From: Octopus vulgaris
Lineage: Eukaryota
Direction of reading: 5' to 3'
NCBI GenBank assembly: GCA_951406725.2
Contig: OX597817.1
Span: 170,748,001 to 170,812,000 of the forward strand
Length of the DNA: 64,000 bases
The position numbers were made by a program, and so were the translations under genes. This document shows positions 25,905 to 40,699 of the stretch, in pieces. Numbering within the stretch: position 1 is the stretch's first letter; each line of letters begins with the position of its first letter. The notes under the pieces are model-generated. The model was given only the letters and a program-made list of their open reading frames with translations, was not told the DNA's origin and did not search any database.

Positions 25905-26880
25905 TCTGGTAGAGGTGTTATTGGTGATGGTAACAGTAGTGGTTGTGATAGTGGCGGTGGTGGTTGTTGTGGTGGTGATGGGGGTTGTGGTGGTTGAAGT
26001 GGTGTTAGTTGTAGCGGTGGTTATGATTGTGGTGGTGGTGGTGATGGTTGTGGTGGTGGTGGTGGTGGTTGTAGTGGAGGTTCTGATTGTTTTGGTGGTA
26101 ATGTGGTGGTGGTGGTTGTAGTGGTGTTAGTTGTAGCGGTGGTTATGATTGTGGTGGTGGTGGTGATGGTTGTGGTGGTGGTGGTGGTGGTTGTAGTGGA
26201 GGTTCTGATTGTTTTGGTGGTAATGTGGTGGTGGTGGTTGTAGAGGTGTTAGTTGTAGCGGTGGTTATGATTGTGGTGGTGGTGGTGATGGTTGTGGTGG
26301 TGGTGGTGGTTGTAGTGGAGGTTCTGATTGTTTTGGTGGTAATGTGGTGGTGGTGCTTGTAGTGGTGTTAGTTGTAGCGGTGGTTATGATTGTGGTGGTG
26401 ATGGTGGTGATGGTTGTGGTGGTGGTGGTGGTTGTAGGGGAGGTTCTGATAGTTTTGGTGGTAATGTGGTGGTGGTGGTTGTAGTGGTGTTAGTTGTAGC
26501 GGTGGTTATGATTGTGGTGGTGGCGGTGATGGTGGTGGTGGTGGTGGTGGTGGTGGTTGTAGTGGAGGTTCTGTTGTAATTGTGGTTGTGATTGTGATAG
26601 TGATAGCGGTTGTGGTTGTAGTGATAGTGGTTGTAGTGGTTGTGGTTGTAGTGGTTGTGGTGGCAGTGGTGGTGGTTGTGGTAGTCGTGGTTGTGGTGGT
26701 TGTGATTGTGGTAGTTGTAGTGGTGGTATTGGTAGTGGTGGTTGTGGTGATGATGGTGGTTGCAATTGTTATGGTTGTGGTGGCAGTGGTAGTAGTGGTA
26801 GTTATGGTTTTAGTGGTGGTGGTGGTTGTGGTGGCAGCAGTGGTGTTAGTGTTGGTGTTGTCGGTCCTTGTGGTGGAGAT
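25905..26880. repeat. GGT-rich region containing about 5 copies of a roughly 121-bp unit
   Basis: gtgttagttgtagcggtggttatgattgtgg...ggaggttctgattgttttggtggtaatgtgg recurs at about 26000, 26122, 26244, 26362 and 26486. Confidence 0.85.
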
Positions 26881-27142
26881 ATTACAGTCAAATTCAACAA
26901 ACTACCCATATTATACTACAGTTTAATGTGGTACCAGTTAACTGGTCTAATGACTATTTTAGCTAAATTTCTTAGTCTTTTAATCTACTTCAATAATTAG
27001 TTTCTTCTTATTGTAACCATTTTTGATGCCAACCTGCCTGAGACCATCCCTGGTTCTATGATTTAAATGTCCTGTTTTAAAGGGGTCAAAACTAAGGCCA
27101 TCCATCAAAATTTCAGGCTGATTTAAGTTCTAAACACTACTT

Positions 27143-27280
27143 TACGAGGGTTGCTGAAAAGTTCCTGGCTTTAAAGGGTATCATAAAAGGCCTGATTGGA
27201 GGCCCAACCTTCTGAGTTCCTTTACAGAGCTTAAAAAAAACTGAAGGACCACTGCAATAAGTGTGTGAATCTGAGAGGGG

Positions 27281-27321
<41 letters not shown>

Positions 27322-27899
27322 GTTTAACGTCCGTTTTCCGCGCTAGCATGGGTTGGACGGTTCGACCGGGGTCTGGGAAGCCAGGGGCTGCACCAGGCTC
27401 CAGTCTGATCTGGCAGAGTTTCTACAGCTGGATGCCCTTCCTAATGCCAACCACTCCGCGAGTGTAGTGGGTGCTTTTTACGTGCCACCTGCACAGGTGC
27501 CAGGGGGGTCCGGCATCGGCCACGATCAGTTGGAGCTTTTAACATGCCACCGGCACGGAAGCCAGCCAAGGCGGCGCTGGCAACGGCCAAAAATCATAAT
27601 TAACTGGTCCTCCAGTTTTTCTTTTACCCAAAGCCAGGAAGTTTTGCCCCCCCCCATACATATATATATATATGGGGGGGGGGATGCTGAAAAGTTCATG
27701 ACTTTTAGGGTATTGCAAAAGGCCTGGTTGGAGGCCCAACCTTCTGAGTTCTTTTACAGGGCTTAGAAAAACTAAAGGACCGCTGCAATAAGTGTATGAA
27801 TCAATCTGAGAGGGGAATATGTTAGATAAAATCATAATTAACTCATCCTTCTGTACTTTCTTTTACCGAAAGCTAGGAACTTTTCAGCACCCCCTTGTA
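27143..27899. mobile_element. Tandem dimer of a mariner-type MITE; the first copy carries an RTE 3' insertion
   Basis: TIR tacgagggttgctgaaaagttcctggctt / aagctaggaacttttcagcacccccttgta. Two copies (27143-27657, 27674-27899) separated by TA repeats. Confidence 0.8.
27284..27590 (-). mobile_element. Young RTE 3' end (family B)
   Basis: (cat)n-cgtttaacgtccgttttccgcgctagcatggg; CpG-rich and close to 10340-10580. Confidence 0.88.
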
Positions 27900-28407
27900 G
27901 TTATGACCAAGTTGTTTTATTAAATTCTCAATTATTTTAAAATTTGATTACAGAAAAGAGGATGTATTTCAACAGGAATATGGTTACAAAAGAGTTAAAC
28001 TAATGGCACCAACTCTTCTACATGCAAAAGAGGAATGAAATAGGACACCATGATGCTATCAAACTTTAGTAAAATGGTAAAAACCAAAGAAAAGAGTGAT
28101 GTTCTTTGCTGGTAAGTGACAATACAAAGACTTGAAAGAATGAAAAGAATTTTCTGCCAGGAAGAAGAAGAGGACGTGATTTACATTATTTACATTCAAT
28201 GGATATTTGTCCTCATCTTGTTTGTTGTTAACAAAACATTTCAGCTGATATACCCTCCAGCCTTAATCAGTACTTAAGAGATGAGGAATTATGTACATTA
28301 TTTACCTTATTTACACTACGCCATATGCCCGTGGGCATATGAGATAGTGGTTAAGAGTGTGGGCTACTGACCCCAAGATTCTGAGTCTGATTCCAGGCAG
28401 TGACCTG

Positions 28408-29084
<677 letters not shown>

Positions 29085-30423
29085 GTCCAGTACAGTTTTA
29101 ACATCATTAACTGGAACCTTACGGAACTCCAACGCTTGGACAGGAAGACAAGAAAGTTACTGACATCCAGGAGCATGCACCACCCTAAGGCAGATGTAGA
29201 CCGCTTGTACCTACCTAGAAGCAGCGGGGGGAGAGGAATGATGCAATTGGAGCTGTGCTATAAGACCTCTACTGTAGGAATGAACAGGTACCTATCTAGT
29301 ACAAAAGACTGGATGATGCGACTTGTGTGTGAACACGAAAGCAGCAAAAAGCTGCATTCTATTGTCAAGGAAGCTTATAAGTTCGAAAGGGAACTAGGCA
29401 TTAACCTTGAATCAGGTGAAGAGCCAGAAACCACTGCTACCAAGCAAGCAAAGCGAATCAGGCAGACTGCAAAAAAGAATGGGCAGAATCAAATTGAGAG
29501 GCGGTGGAGCCAGAAGCCCCTGCATGGACAATACATTCTCCGAAGCCAAAATGCTGATGTAGACCAAGCAACAACCCATCAGTGGCTGAAGAGTTCTGGA
29601 TTGAAAGCAGAGACTGAAGGCTTCATAATGGCAGCACAAGATCAAAGCTTGTTTACCAGAAATTACCAGGCTAACGTTCTCCGAAACGGTACTGACCCTA
29701 AATGCAGATTCTGTGACACATTTGACGAAACAATAGACCATCTCGTTTCGGGATGTCCTGTGCTGACACCAAACGAATACAAAAATCGCCACGATAGGGT
29801 AGGACAGTATATACATTGGAAGATATGTAAACACTACAAATCCGACACTCCTGCTAACTGGTATGAACACCATCCTCAGCCAGTTGTTGAAGGTAAAGAT
29901 GTCACCATCCTCTGGGATTTTCCAGTCAACACTGACAGAACGATCAAGGCTAATCGACCAGACATAATTGTTAAAGACAGGGAAGAAAATACCTGCAGAC
30001 TAATAGAAGTAAGCGTCCCCACTGATAAAAATGTATCTGTCAAGGAATTTGACAAACTTAGTAAATATAAGGACCTGGAAATCGAAATACAGAGGATGTG
30101 GAATCTTAAAACAAAAACTGTTCCTGTTATTGTAGGTGCCCTAGGTATGATAAAAAAGGGATGTCAGAAACACCTAGACAATATCCCTGGAAAACCATGT
30201 CTCAAGGAAATCCAAAAGATTGTGCTAACAAGTACTGCCCACATCCTTAGAAAAACCCTATCAATGTAAATGTTTGTGTTTGTATTACATGGAGATATTT
30301 CTCTACTTCCCCTCCCCAAGCTTTCAGCTATATTTCAACAACTCTTAACCTTCACTTGCCCTAGGGCGCTGGGTGTGCCCCGGCAGGTGATTGCATCAAA
30401 CATGCAGATTAAAAGTAAATGAC
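29085..30423 (+). mobile_element. 5'-truncated R4/Dong-like retrotransposon (post-RT region, CCHC finger, restriction-like endonuclease) in (TAA)n
   Basis: Uninterrupted frame to 30269: HPKADVDRLYLPRSSGGRG, AAQDQ, CRFC...DHLVSGC, RHDRV, NRPDI, KLSKYKDL. TAA repeats on both sides, the known Dong target. Confidence 0.92.
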
Positions 30424-31140
<717 letters not shown>

Positions 31141-31389
31141 TGACAACAACATTGAAAAAATACCTTAGGAATGAGAACCCAGGTTCGAAACTTCCCCAAG
31201 ACACCTGATTAAGGCTGAAGAGTATATCAGATGAAATGTTGTGTTAAAAACAAACAAGATGAGGACAAATATCCGTCGAATGTAAATAATGTAAATAATG
31301 TCCTCTAACTGGGCCCCACCTGCAAGGTCATGTGCTGTTTATCTTGATATGAGATCACCATGTCGCGCACATATGGTTGTGATGCATTT

Positions 31390-31632
31390 TATTTCAACCT
31401 CCTTCAGCCATTTGGCTATATCTTTGCTTACTGTCTCCAATGCACCAATTATTATAGGCACAACCTTTACTGTTCCTATTTCAAACTTTAAGGGATTGTA
31501 CTTTTTTATTTTGTTTTTCTTCCTCTTCTCTATGATTCTGGAATCAAATGGGTTTGATGGGTCAATAAGTAAGCAACTTCACTTTTCCTTATCTATAATT
31601 GTTATGTATGGCTTATTATTTTCTAACTTCTT
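31390..31632 (-). mobile_element. Old R4/Dong-like endonuclease remnant
   Basis: Frameshifted minus-strand reading NNKPYITIIDKEK / IDPSNPFDSRI...KKYNPLKFEI..VKVVPIIIGALETV parallels the endonuclease domain of the two neighbours. Confidence 0.65.
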
Positions 31633-31751
31633 GCTATTATTATTGTTGTTGTTGTTGTCGTCGTCGTCATCATCATCATCATTATTATCATCATCATCAT
31701 TATCATCACCATCATCATTACTATTATTATTATTATTATCATTATTATTTA

Positions 31752-32682
31752 TGGGTTTTTCTTCTTCTTTCAAATTTGCTTCCATTTCTTGCCGAGTGTC
31801 TTCCCGACTCCTAGGGCAAAGAAACTCATAGTATACATTGGTAGGCCATTAAACCAAACTCAATAGTTCGTTCATTTTTTTTTTTTTGTTTTTTTTTTAA
31901 GTTAAATTAAAATACATGAGCAGCAACAGTTCTCACATCGACAATGCTCTTCTCAATACGTGTGATGTACCAGTTAAGACAATCTTTTGCACTTCTTGCA
32001 GGGATGGTAAGCCAGGGATCATTCTCATATAATTTTCGGTTCCCTTCTTGATCATTCCTAGTGCTCCTACGATCACTGGTATTGTAACCGCCTTGAGATG
32101 CCACATTTTCTCAATTTCAATGAGCAGGTCTTTATATTTTCTGAGCTTGTCAAACTCTTTCACCGAGATATTATGATCACAGGGGATGCTCATGTCGATC
32201 AATAAGTAAACTTTATTGTTTTGGTCTTTCACAACGAAATCCGGTTTATTGGCTTTGATGGTTTGGTCTGTATGTACTGGAAAGTCCCACAGAATCGTTA
32301 CATTTTCTCCTTCAGTTACAGCTTCAGGGTGGTGATTATACCACTTGTCGGCAGTTTTGATATTGTAATGCCGACTTATTAGCCAGTGTAGATATTGGCC
32401 AACTCTGTCATGTCTTAATTTATACTCCACTGGTGCCAAGACTTTACATCCAGAGATTAGGTGGTCCACTGTTTCAATCATGTCGTTGCAGAATCGGCAT
32501 TTTGGGTCTGCTCCATTTTTCATCACATTGGCCTGGTAGTTCCGGGTTAATAGGCTTTGATCTTGAGCAGCCAGGATGAAACCTTCGCTCTCTGCTTTTA
32601 GCCCTGAGCTCCGTAGCCACTGATGGGTTTGCTTCTGGTCAACATCAGCTTGTTTGCTATGGGCCACATATTTGCCGTGCAG
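31752..32682 (-). mobile_element. Second 5'-truncated R4/Dong-like element (different lineage) in (TAA)n
   Basis: LHGKY...WLRSSGLKAESEGFILAAQDQ, CRFC..DHLISGC, RHDRV, NKPDF, KLRKYKDL. Stop at 31933; 3' UTR runs to a TAA tract. Confidence 0.92.
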
Positions 32683-32695
32683 ATTATTATTATTA

Positions 32696-32816
<121 letters not shown>

Positions 32817-32817
32817 C

Positions 32818-33376
32818 ATTGAGTGAGAGAGCAGTGCATGCCATCAAAGGGACACTGGGGTAAAATATACGAAGCCCAATATACCCATCATGACTACTCG
32901 TCTGATAAGGGTACACTAGACACATGCATCACAACCATATGTGCGCGACATGGTGATCTCATATCAAGATAAACAGCACATGACCTTGCAGGTGGGGCCC
33001 AGTTAGAATTTTCTTTTGGTCAAATAGCCCATCCCACTCAAAACGTCCCTGAATAAAGGTTGTTTAAGGATGTTGAACGAAGCATCCATGTTTCCAGAGG
33101 TGAATTATTCAAACCCCAAAGAATCCCTCTAAACACATGGCTATGATGCTCCCACACTACTTCTGCTCGTGATCAGAGATGCACATATAATCAGTCACTA
33201 AGGGACATGCTCAACTGGTAATGGTCAAACAACTGACAAACAAATCTGTGGTATTGAGCAAAATATTTGCTGTAGCCCATCTTTTATACCAAGACAAAAC
33301 AATGTACATGATAACACTTCCAATCAGTTAAGATCAGAAGCCACGAGAGTCACTGCCTGGTACTACATCAGGGCAT
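32818..33376. mobile_element. About 560-bp non-coding interspersed element bounded by TAA/ATT repeats
   Basis: ATT repeats at both ends; 32924-33006 is present inverted at 31305-31388. Confidence 0.55.
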
Positions 33377-33384
33377 TTATTATT

Positions 33385-33790
33385 GGAGTGGCTGTGTGGT
33401 AAGTAGCTTGCTTACCAACCACATTGTTCTGGGTTCAGTCCCACTGCGTGGCATCATGGGCAAGTGTCTTCTGCTATAGCACCGGGCTGACCAATGCCTT
33501 GTGAGTGGATTTGGTAGACGGAAACTGAAAGAAGCCTGTCGTATATATGTATATATATATATATATGTGTGTGTGTGTATATGTTTGTGTGTCTGTGTTT
33601 GTTCCCCTATCATTGCTTGACAACCGATGCTGGTGTGTTTACGTCCCCGTCACTTAGCGGTTTGGCAAAAGACACCGATAGAATAAGTACTGGGCTTACA
33701 AAGAATAAGTCCCGGGGTCGATTTGCTCGACTAAAGGCGGTGCTCCAGCATGGCCACACAGTCAAATGACTGAAACAAGTAAAAAAGAGT
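33385..33790 (+). mobile_element. SINE family A
   Basis: Full match. Confidence 0.9.
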
Positions 33791-34770
33791 ATTATTATTA
33801 TTATTCATTTTGTTCATCATGTACAAGTACATGGGTATTCATCATTGGTTAATTTATTTTATTCAACTTTGGAAAAACTGAAGCATGTCTTTAGCAATTT
33901 CAGAACGTATTGAACTTATATTGTGTGACTTTTGGCCCACTCTATATTATTATTTAATTTGGCAACCAGCAAAAGGATAGACAGCCTCCACATTGTATTT
34001 GACAACGGCAGCTACATTACATTGACAGCTCCCGAGGAAGTCAGCTTTACACATCCATTTGTTTCAGCCTTCTGGTGCTGACATTTAGATTTACTCAAGG
34101 AAAGAAGCATGCGGACGATGTTTTATGTCGAGAAAGTATTGGAAGTTGCAAGAATGGTGTAGTATTTTTAGATTATAACAAAACTTGATCCAATTAAATG
34201 AACAGTGATGGTGAATTGTAAAACCAAAATCATGTTTTAGACATAAATGAAAGTAGAAATAAAACAGGAGAAACAATGAACAAAATATCGGTTTTGTCTT
34301 GTATGGAATAGAAAATCCACTTACAGATGCTTATGTGAGCATTTAGATGCTTTGTTGAAGGTTTTCTAAAAATAATAAAATCTTTGATAGAACAAAATGC
34401 CTATCAACTCCAGCTGTAAGATTGAAACATGTAAAAAAAAATACAAGAAAACATTAATAATGAACAAAACAATGGTGTTAGACAATAAAATAAATGTTGT
34501 GATGTTTATCATTGCAGTCGATGAAAGAATATATATGGCAATAACATATAAACATTGGAGATAAGAACATTGGTCTTATCTACAATTCTGGCTGGCCTGA
34601 TGGAATATAGCTGAAAGTTTAGGAAATAATCTTGGTAAGTTGACGAGAAGAAAAATATTCTATGGAATAGATATCTCAAACAAATGACCTCTTATAGTAA
34701 ATATGTGTGTGCACATGTGTGTGTGTGTGTGTGTGTGTGTGAATATATATATCTGTATGCATACATACAT

Positions 34771-34813
<43 letters not shown>

Positions 34814-34881
34814 AACATATATGTATACATATGCATATATACATGTGTATATATATATATATACTCATATACATATATATG

Positions 34882-34924
<43 letters not shown>

Positions 34925-35454
34925 GTATGTATGTATTGTGAATGGCATTAAGTACATCTTCCTTTAACTTAATTATCTAAATTCATGCTATTGCTGGCTT
35001 TGAGCCATTTTCCCATTTCTCTTGGTTCTTTGTGTGTGTGTGTGAGCGTATGTGTGTGTGTGTGTGTGAGCGTGTGTGTGCTTGTATAAAAATCACCATT
35101 ATGGTCACCATCGCCATCATCATCATCATCATCATCCTCATCATCATAACCATTATAGTCTTTACATTTGTTTTGCCATGCCGGAACAAGTTAGTCAAAA
35201 GTTACAGAAGTACATTGAACACAATTCTTGAGAGAAGTTGTAAAAACAAAAAGTTTATATAATTCCCTCAAGATAAAAATATTAAAAAAAATATTCACTA
35301 TCACAGTCAGAGTCAACATTTACCAGGAATATCTCTCCAAATCTCTCCCAGATTAGATTCTCACTATATCAGCCTCAGAACGCACTCATCTACTTCCATA
35401 CTAATTGTGGGGTAGATTTTATAATAAAATATTAGTTTAATTAGCTTGGTGTGA

Positions 35455-36148
<694 letters not shown>

Positions 36149-36344
36149 GCTCTTGTCTGTTTTAGCTTGGTTTCCACAGTTGGATGCTCTTCTTAATGCC
36201 AACCACTCTAGAGAATGTATTGGATGTCTTTTACATGTCACCAATGTGGATGCTTTTTACATGCCACTGGTACTGGCCACTGCAGCAATTTCACTTAACC
36301 TGGCATATCTTCTCAAGCTCAGCAAATCGCCAGAAGCCTCAGTC

Positions 36345-37512
36345 ACATGTCACATACTTAATGTATGCATATTGTTAAACACTAGTAGCTGTGGTATCCC
36401 TTTTGTGTTAAAAAACAACGTATTTCAAAGCTAGGCAAAAATGAAACCACCCCAGAAGTGAATGTGAACAACAGGTATTGATATCTCACAATTTTTCTGC
36501 TCATCAATACCATGTAGTCACCTCACTTGAATCTCCAGCTAGAAGAATATATATACAAATAGCTAAATAATTTATTTGCTGATGTGCATTGTGCAAGTAG
36601 AGCGAAATTCAAATTTTGTGTTAAAAGCAGCTCAATAATGTTAACATTATCAATATCTCATACTTAAAGTATGCATGTTGTTAAATGTTTGTAGCTGATT
36701 GATTATATGTGGGTGAGATCTCATTGAAGATATATAGTGTTAAAAAACACTATATATATCAAAGCTAGATGAAACAAAACTGCCTCAAAAGCAAATGAGA
36801 GTGATTGATATTGATATTTCACAGTTTTTTCTGCTCATCAGTGTTGTATACTCATCCTGCTTCCATAACAAAGCCGAATCACCGGTAAGAAATATATACA
36901 AATAGTGTAAAATCTATTTGTTGATATGCAATAGTGCTGCATAAGTAGAACAAAATTCAAATTCTGAATTAGAAGTAGCTCAATAATATAAACATGAATA
37001 TCACATGTTAAATGTATGCACATTCTTAAATGCTTGAAGCTGCAGGATCATATCTGGGTGAGATCTTGTTAAATATGTATAGTGTTAAAAAGCGTAGTAT
37101 ATATCGAAGCTAGATGAAATGAAACTACTCCAGAAGTGAATAAGAACAGCAGAAATTATTTCACACTTTTTTCCTGCTCATCCATGCCATATACTTACCT
37201 TACTTCTGAAATCAAATCTGTACGTCCTTAAAGGAATACTTATAGCTGACAATTCAATTTTGTTTTGGAAGCAGGATGAGTATACAGCATTTGATGAGTA
37301 GAAACTACAGCAAAATATCAATATGTGTCATTCTTATTTACTCTAGGGCTGTTTTGTTTCACCTTTCTTTGAAGTATACTGTGTTTTTCTAACACTATTT
37401 GTCTTTACAGAGATTTAATCCTGAAGCTACAGGTATTTAACAACAGAAGCACATTGAGAATGAATTCTTGATAATGTTTACATTATTGAGCTCCTTCTAA
37501 TACAAAATTTGA
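36345..37512. repeat. Diverged 310-350-bp unit: about 2.6 direct copies plus one inverted copy
   Basis: Anchors such as gtgttaaaaa, aagctag and ttttctgctcatc recur three times, gcagctcaataat twice; 37255-37512 is reverse complementary to them. Confidence 0.8.
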
Positions 37513-37531
37513 ATAGCTGTGTGAGTGCATT

Positions 37532-37532
<1 letters not shown>

Positions 37533-37563
<31 letters not shown>

Positions 37564-38115
37564 TGTATGTATGTATGTATGTATGTATGTATGTATGTAT
37601 GTATGTATGTTTGTATGTATGTATGTTTGTATGTATGCATTCATGTATGTATGTATGTATGTATGTATGTATGTTTGTATGTATGCATTCATGTATGTAT
37701 GTATGTATGTATGTATGTGTGTATGTATGTATGTATGTATGTATGTATGTGTGTGTGTGTGTATGTATGTGTGTGTATGTATGCATGTATGTGTATGTAT
37801 GTATGTATGTATGTGTGTGTATGTATGTATGTATGTATGTGTGTGTATGTATGTATGTATGTATGAATGCATGTATGTGTGTGTGTATGTATGTATGTAT
37901 GTATGCATGCATGCATGTATGTATGTATGTGCATGTGTATGTATGGATGGATGGATGTGTATTTATGCATATGTATGTGTGTGTATTTATTTATATCTAT
38001 GTATATGTATGTATGAATGTGCATGTGAGTGTGTGTGTATGTATGTATCGATGGATTGATGGATGCATTTGTGTATTTATTTATATTTATGTATTTGTAT
38101 GTATATGTGTATGCA
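37533..38115. repeat. (TATG)n compound microsatellite
   Basis: Direct reading. Confidence 0.95.
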
Positions 38116-38407
38116 AATCAAAGACGGCAAAAAAAAAAACAAAAGTCAATTAGATGTACACAATGAATATGTTAACTTGACATTCAGTGAAAGTTTAAGA
38201 TGGGAAAATAGGAGTAGAAATGATGTTTCAAGCCTGGGCTCTTTGTTGGAAAGTTGAAAAACTTCAGAGAGGAAGAAAAGAAGGAAGGAGCAGAAAGTTC
38301 AAGAAAACCACAGACACATGGATGTGTATGCATGGGGTTGTGGGTGTGTGGCTTTTTGACAAGACATTGCATGATAATTACAAGCAAGCCTCACCATCAT
38401 AAAAAGA

Positions 38408-38612
38408 CTCTTTACTCTTTTACTTGTTTCAGTCATTTGACTGTGGCCATGCTGGAGCACCGCCTTTAGTCGAGCACATCGACTCCAGGACTTATTCTTT
38501 GTAAGCCTAGTACTTATTCTATCGGTCTCTTTTGCCAAACCGCTAAGTTGCGGGGACGTAAACACACCAGCATCGGTTGTCAAGCGATGTTGGGGGTACA
38601 AGGGCAGACATA

Positions 38613-38662
<50 letters not shown>

Positions 38663-38825
38663 CAACAGGCTTCTTTCACTTTCTCTCTATTAAATCCACT
38701 CACAAGGCTTTGGTTGGCCCGAGGCTATAGCAGAGGACACTTGCCCAAGGTGCCAAGCAGCAGGGCTGAACCTGGAACCATGTAGTTGGTAAGCAAGCTA
38801 CTTACCACACAATCACTCCTACACC
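38408..38825 (-). mobile_element. SINE family A
   Basis: Full reverse-complement match. Confidence 0.9.
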
Positions 38826-39129
38826 TTTGTTTCCAATTTTCCATGAAAATATGTGCAGCCATAGGAAAATATTATTTTGCTTGGAAAAAGGTGACAGTTG
38901 CAATAGGGAGGAGATTTGTCCTTAGAAAATCTGCCTCAGTAAATTTCATCTGACCCATGCATGCATGGAAAAGAGGACATTAAAACGATGATGATTCCTA
39001 TATTCTTCGAATTAGTACAGTAGAAACTGACACATTGATGCTGTGCAAAGAAAGAAGTAACAAGATGAAGTGGTACAATTGCTACAAAATGACAAAGATA
39101 CAGATATCTAAGCAGGATGTTTTATAATA

Positions 39130-39700
39130 TTGGGTTGTCCGGAAAGTTTGTGCCGATTTATAGAAGCTTACATTTTGACTTATTTTAGAACATAGTTGAG
39201 TCCATGAAATGGGATTTGAATACACCTCCATTTAGAGCACTGTTTAAGCTATCTTTCCGTGGAAGAAGGTTTATGTTCCTATTACCTGCGTTAATTATGT
39301 AACCCTTTAAAATGGAAAATAAGAAAGTTCATTTTCAGCACTTGATGCTTTGGGAACCAGACAAAAATTGCTGCAGCTCGGCTTGGTTGGGATGTGCTAC
39401 CCCACCCTCCATATTCACCAGATATTGCTCCTTTGGATTTCCACTTATTCAGGTCTCTGCAGAATAGTCTTAATGGTAAAAATTTCAATTCCTTGGATGA
39501 CATAAAAAGATACCTTGATGAATTCTTTGCCATGAAACTATCTCAATTCTGGGAAGAGGGTATTTTCAAGTTAAAGGAAAGATGGAGACGCATTGTGCAA
39601 CAAAATGGTTCATATTTGGTTGATTAAAAATGTAATGGCAAGTATTTATTAACCTTTTTCTTTCCTTTAAAAATCGGCATGAACTTTCCAGACAACCCAA
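39130..39700 (+). mobile_element. Internally deleted mariner transposon
   Basis: TA|ttgggttgtccggaaagtt ... aactttccagacaacccaa|TA; C-terminal transposase LPHPPYSPDIAPLDFHLFRSLQNSL. An extra right-end copy lies at 40078-40164. Confidence 0.92.
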
Positions 39701-40699
39701 TAAAATGTTGGAGAAAGAAACCTGTTTCATACAATACATACCAATGAATATATCTAAAGCAAATTTATTCAGGGGCCCTTAAAATGCTATTGTGGATCCC
39801 CAATTTACTTTTTTGTTGCATGAACCCCCAAATATGGGGCCATATGGAACTTGGTTGAGAACCACTGGTGTAGATGGTTCCACAGTAACTGTCAAGTAAG
39901 AAGACTGCATCAATCCCTGCAGTCTGTTTTGGCCTGATTTCTATGGCTGGATGCCTTTCTTAATGCTGACCAAGCGGTCAGAGTGTACTGGATGCTTTTT
40001 GTGTGGTACCAACAACAGCATTGAGGTCACTAAGGGACTTGCAAGACAAGACCTCCTCAACTGAGCAGGCAAGTAGCATTTGGTTGATTAAAAATGTAAT
40101 GGCAAGTATTTATTGACCCCTTTCTTTCCTTCAAAAACCAGCACAAACTTTCCGGACAACCCAATAGAAATAATTTTGAATGTCTTTACTTAAAATTCGA
40201 AGCACATTTAGTTATTAGACACAATTCTATGAGCCACAAAAAAACACTTTCAGAATCAGATATACAAACTAAATATTTCAAATGTTCTAGAAAATTTCAT
40301 TTCCAATGAATAATTAAAATATAATACTTTATCTTGATCATTTCTCTTGTTCTTCTTTCCTATGAGATAAGAGTTTCTTGTGAATGTCTTACAAATGAAA
40401 GAACAAAATATAATTTCTTATACTCAATAATGTAAATCGTATATTATTTTAAATTATAGTTCAGTTGATTGTGTTGTATATAGTTTCAGTTGAGGACAAA
40501 ATGCTGGAATAAATCAAAACTTTCTGAAAGATAATCAGCTTAAAAGCAAAATCCATAAATTAGGTTCATCTTTTTGCTTCTTTTGTTTTCATCATTATTA
40601 TTGTCGTTGCCATCGTATTCATCATCTTTGCCATTGCCGTTATCATCATCAGATAAATACTAACACCACACTACTACTACTGCTACAACCATCACCACC

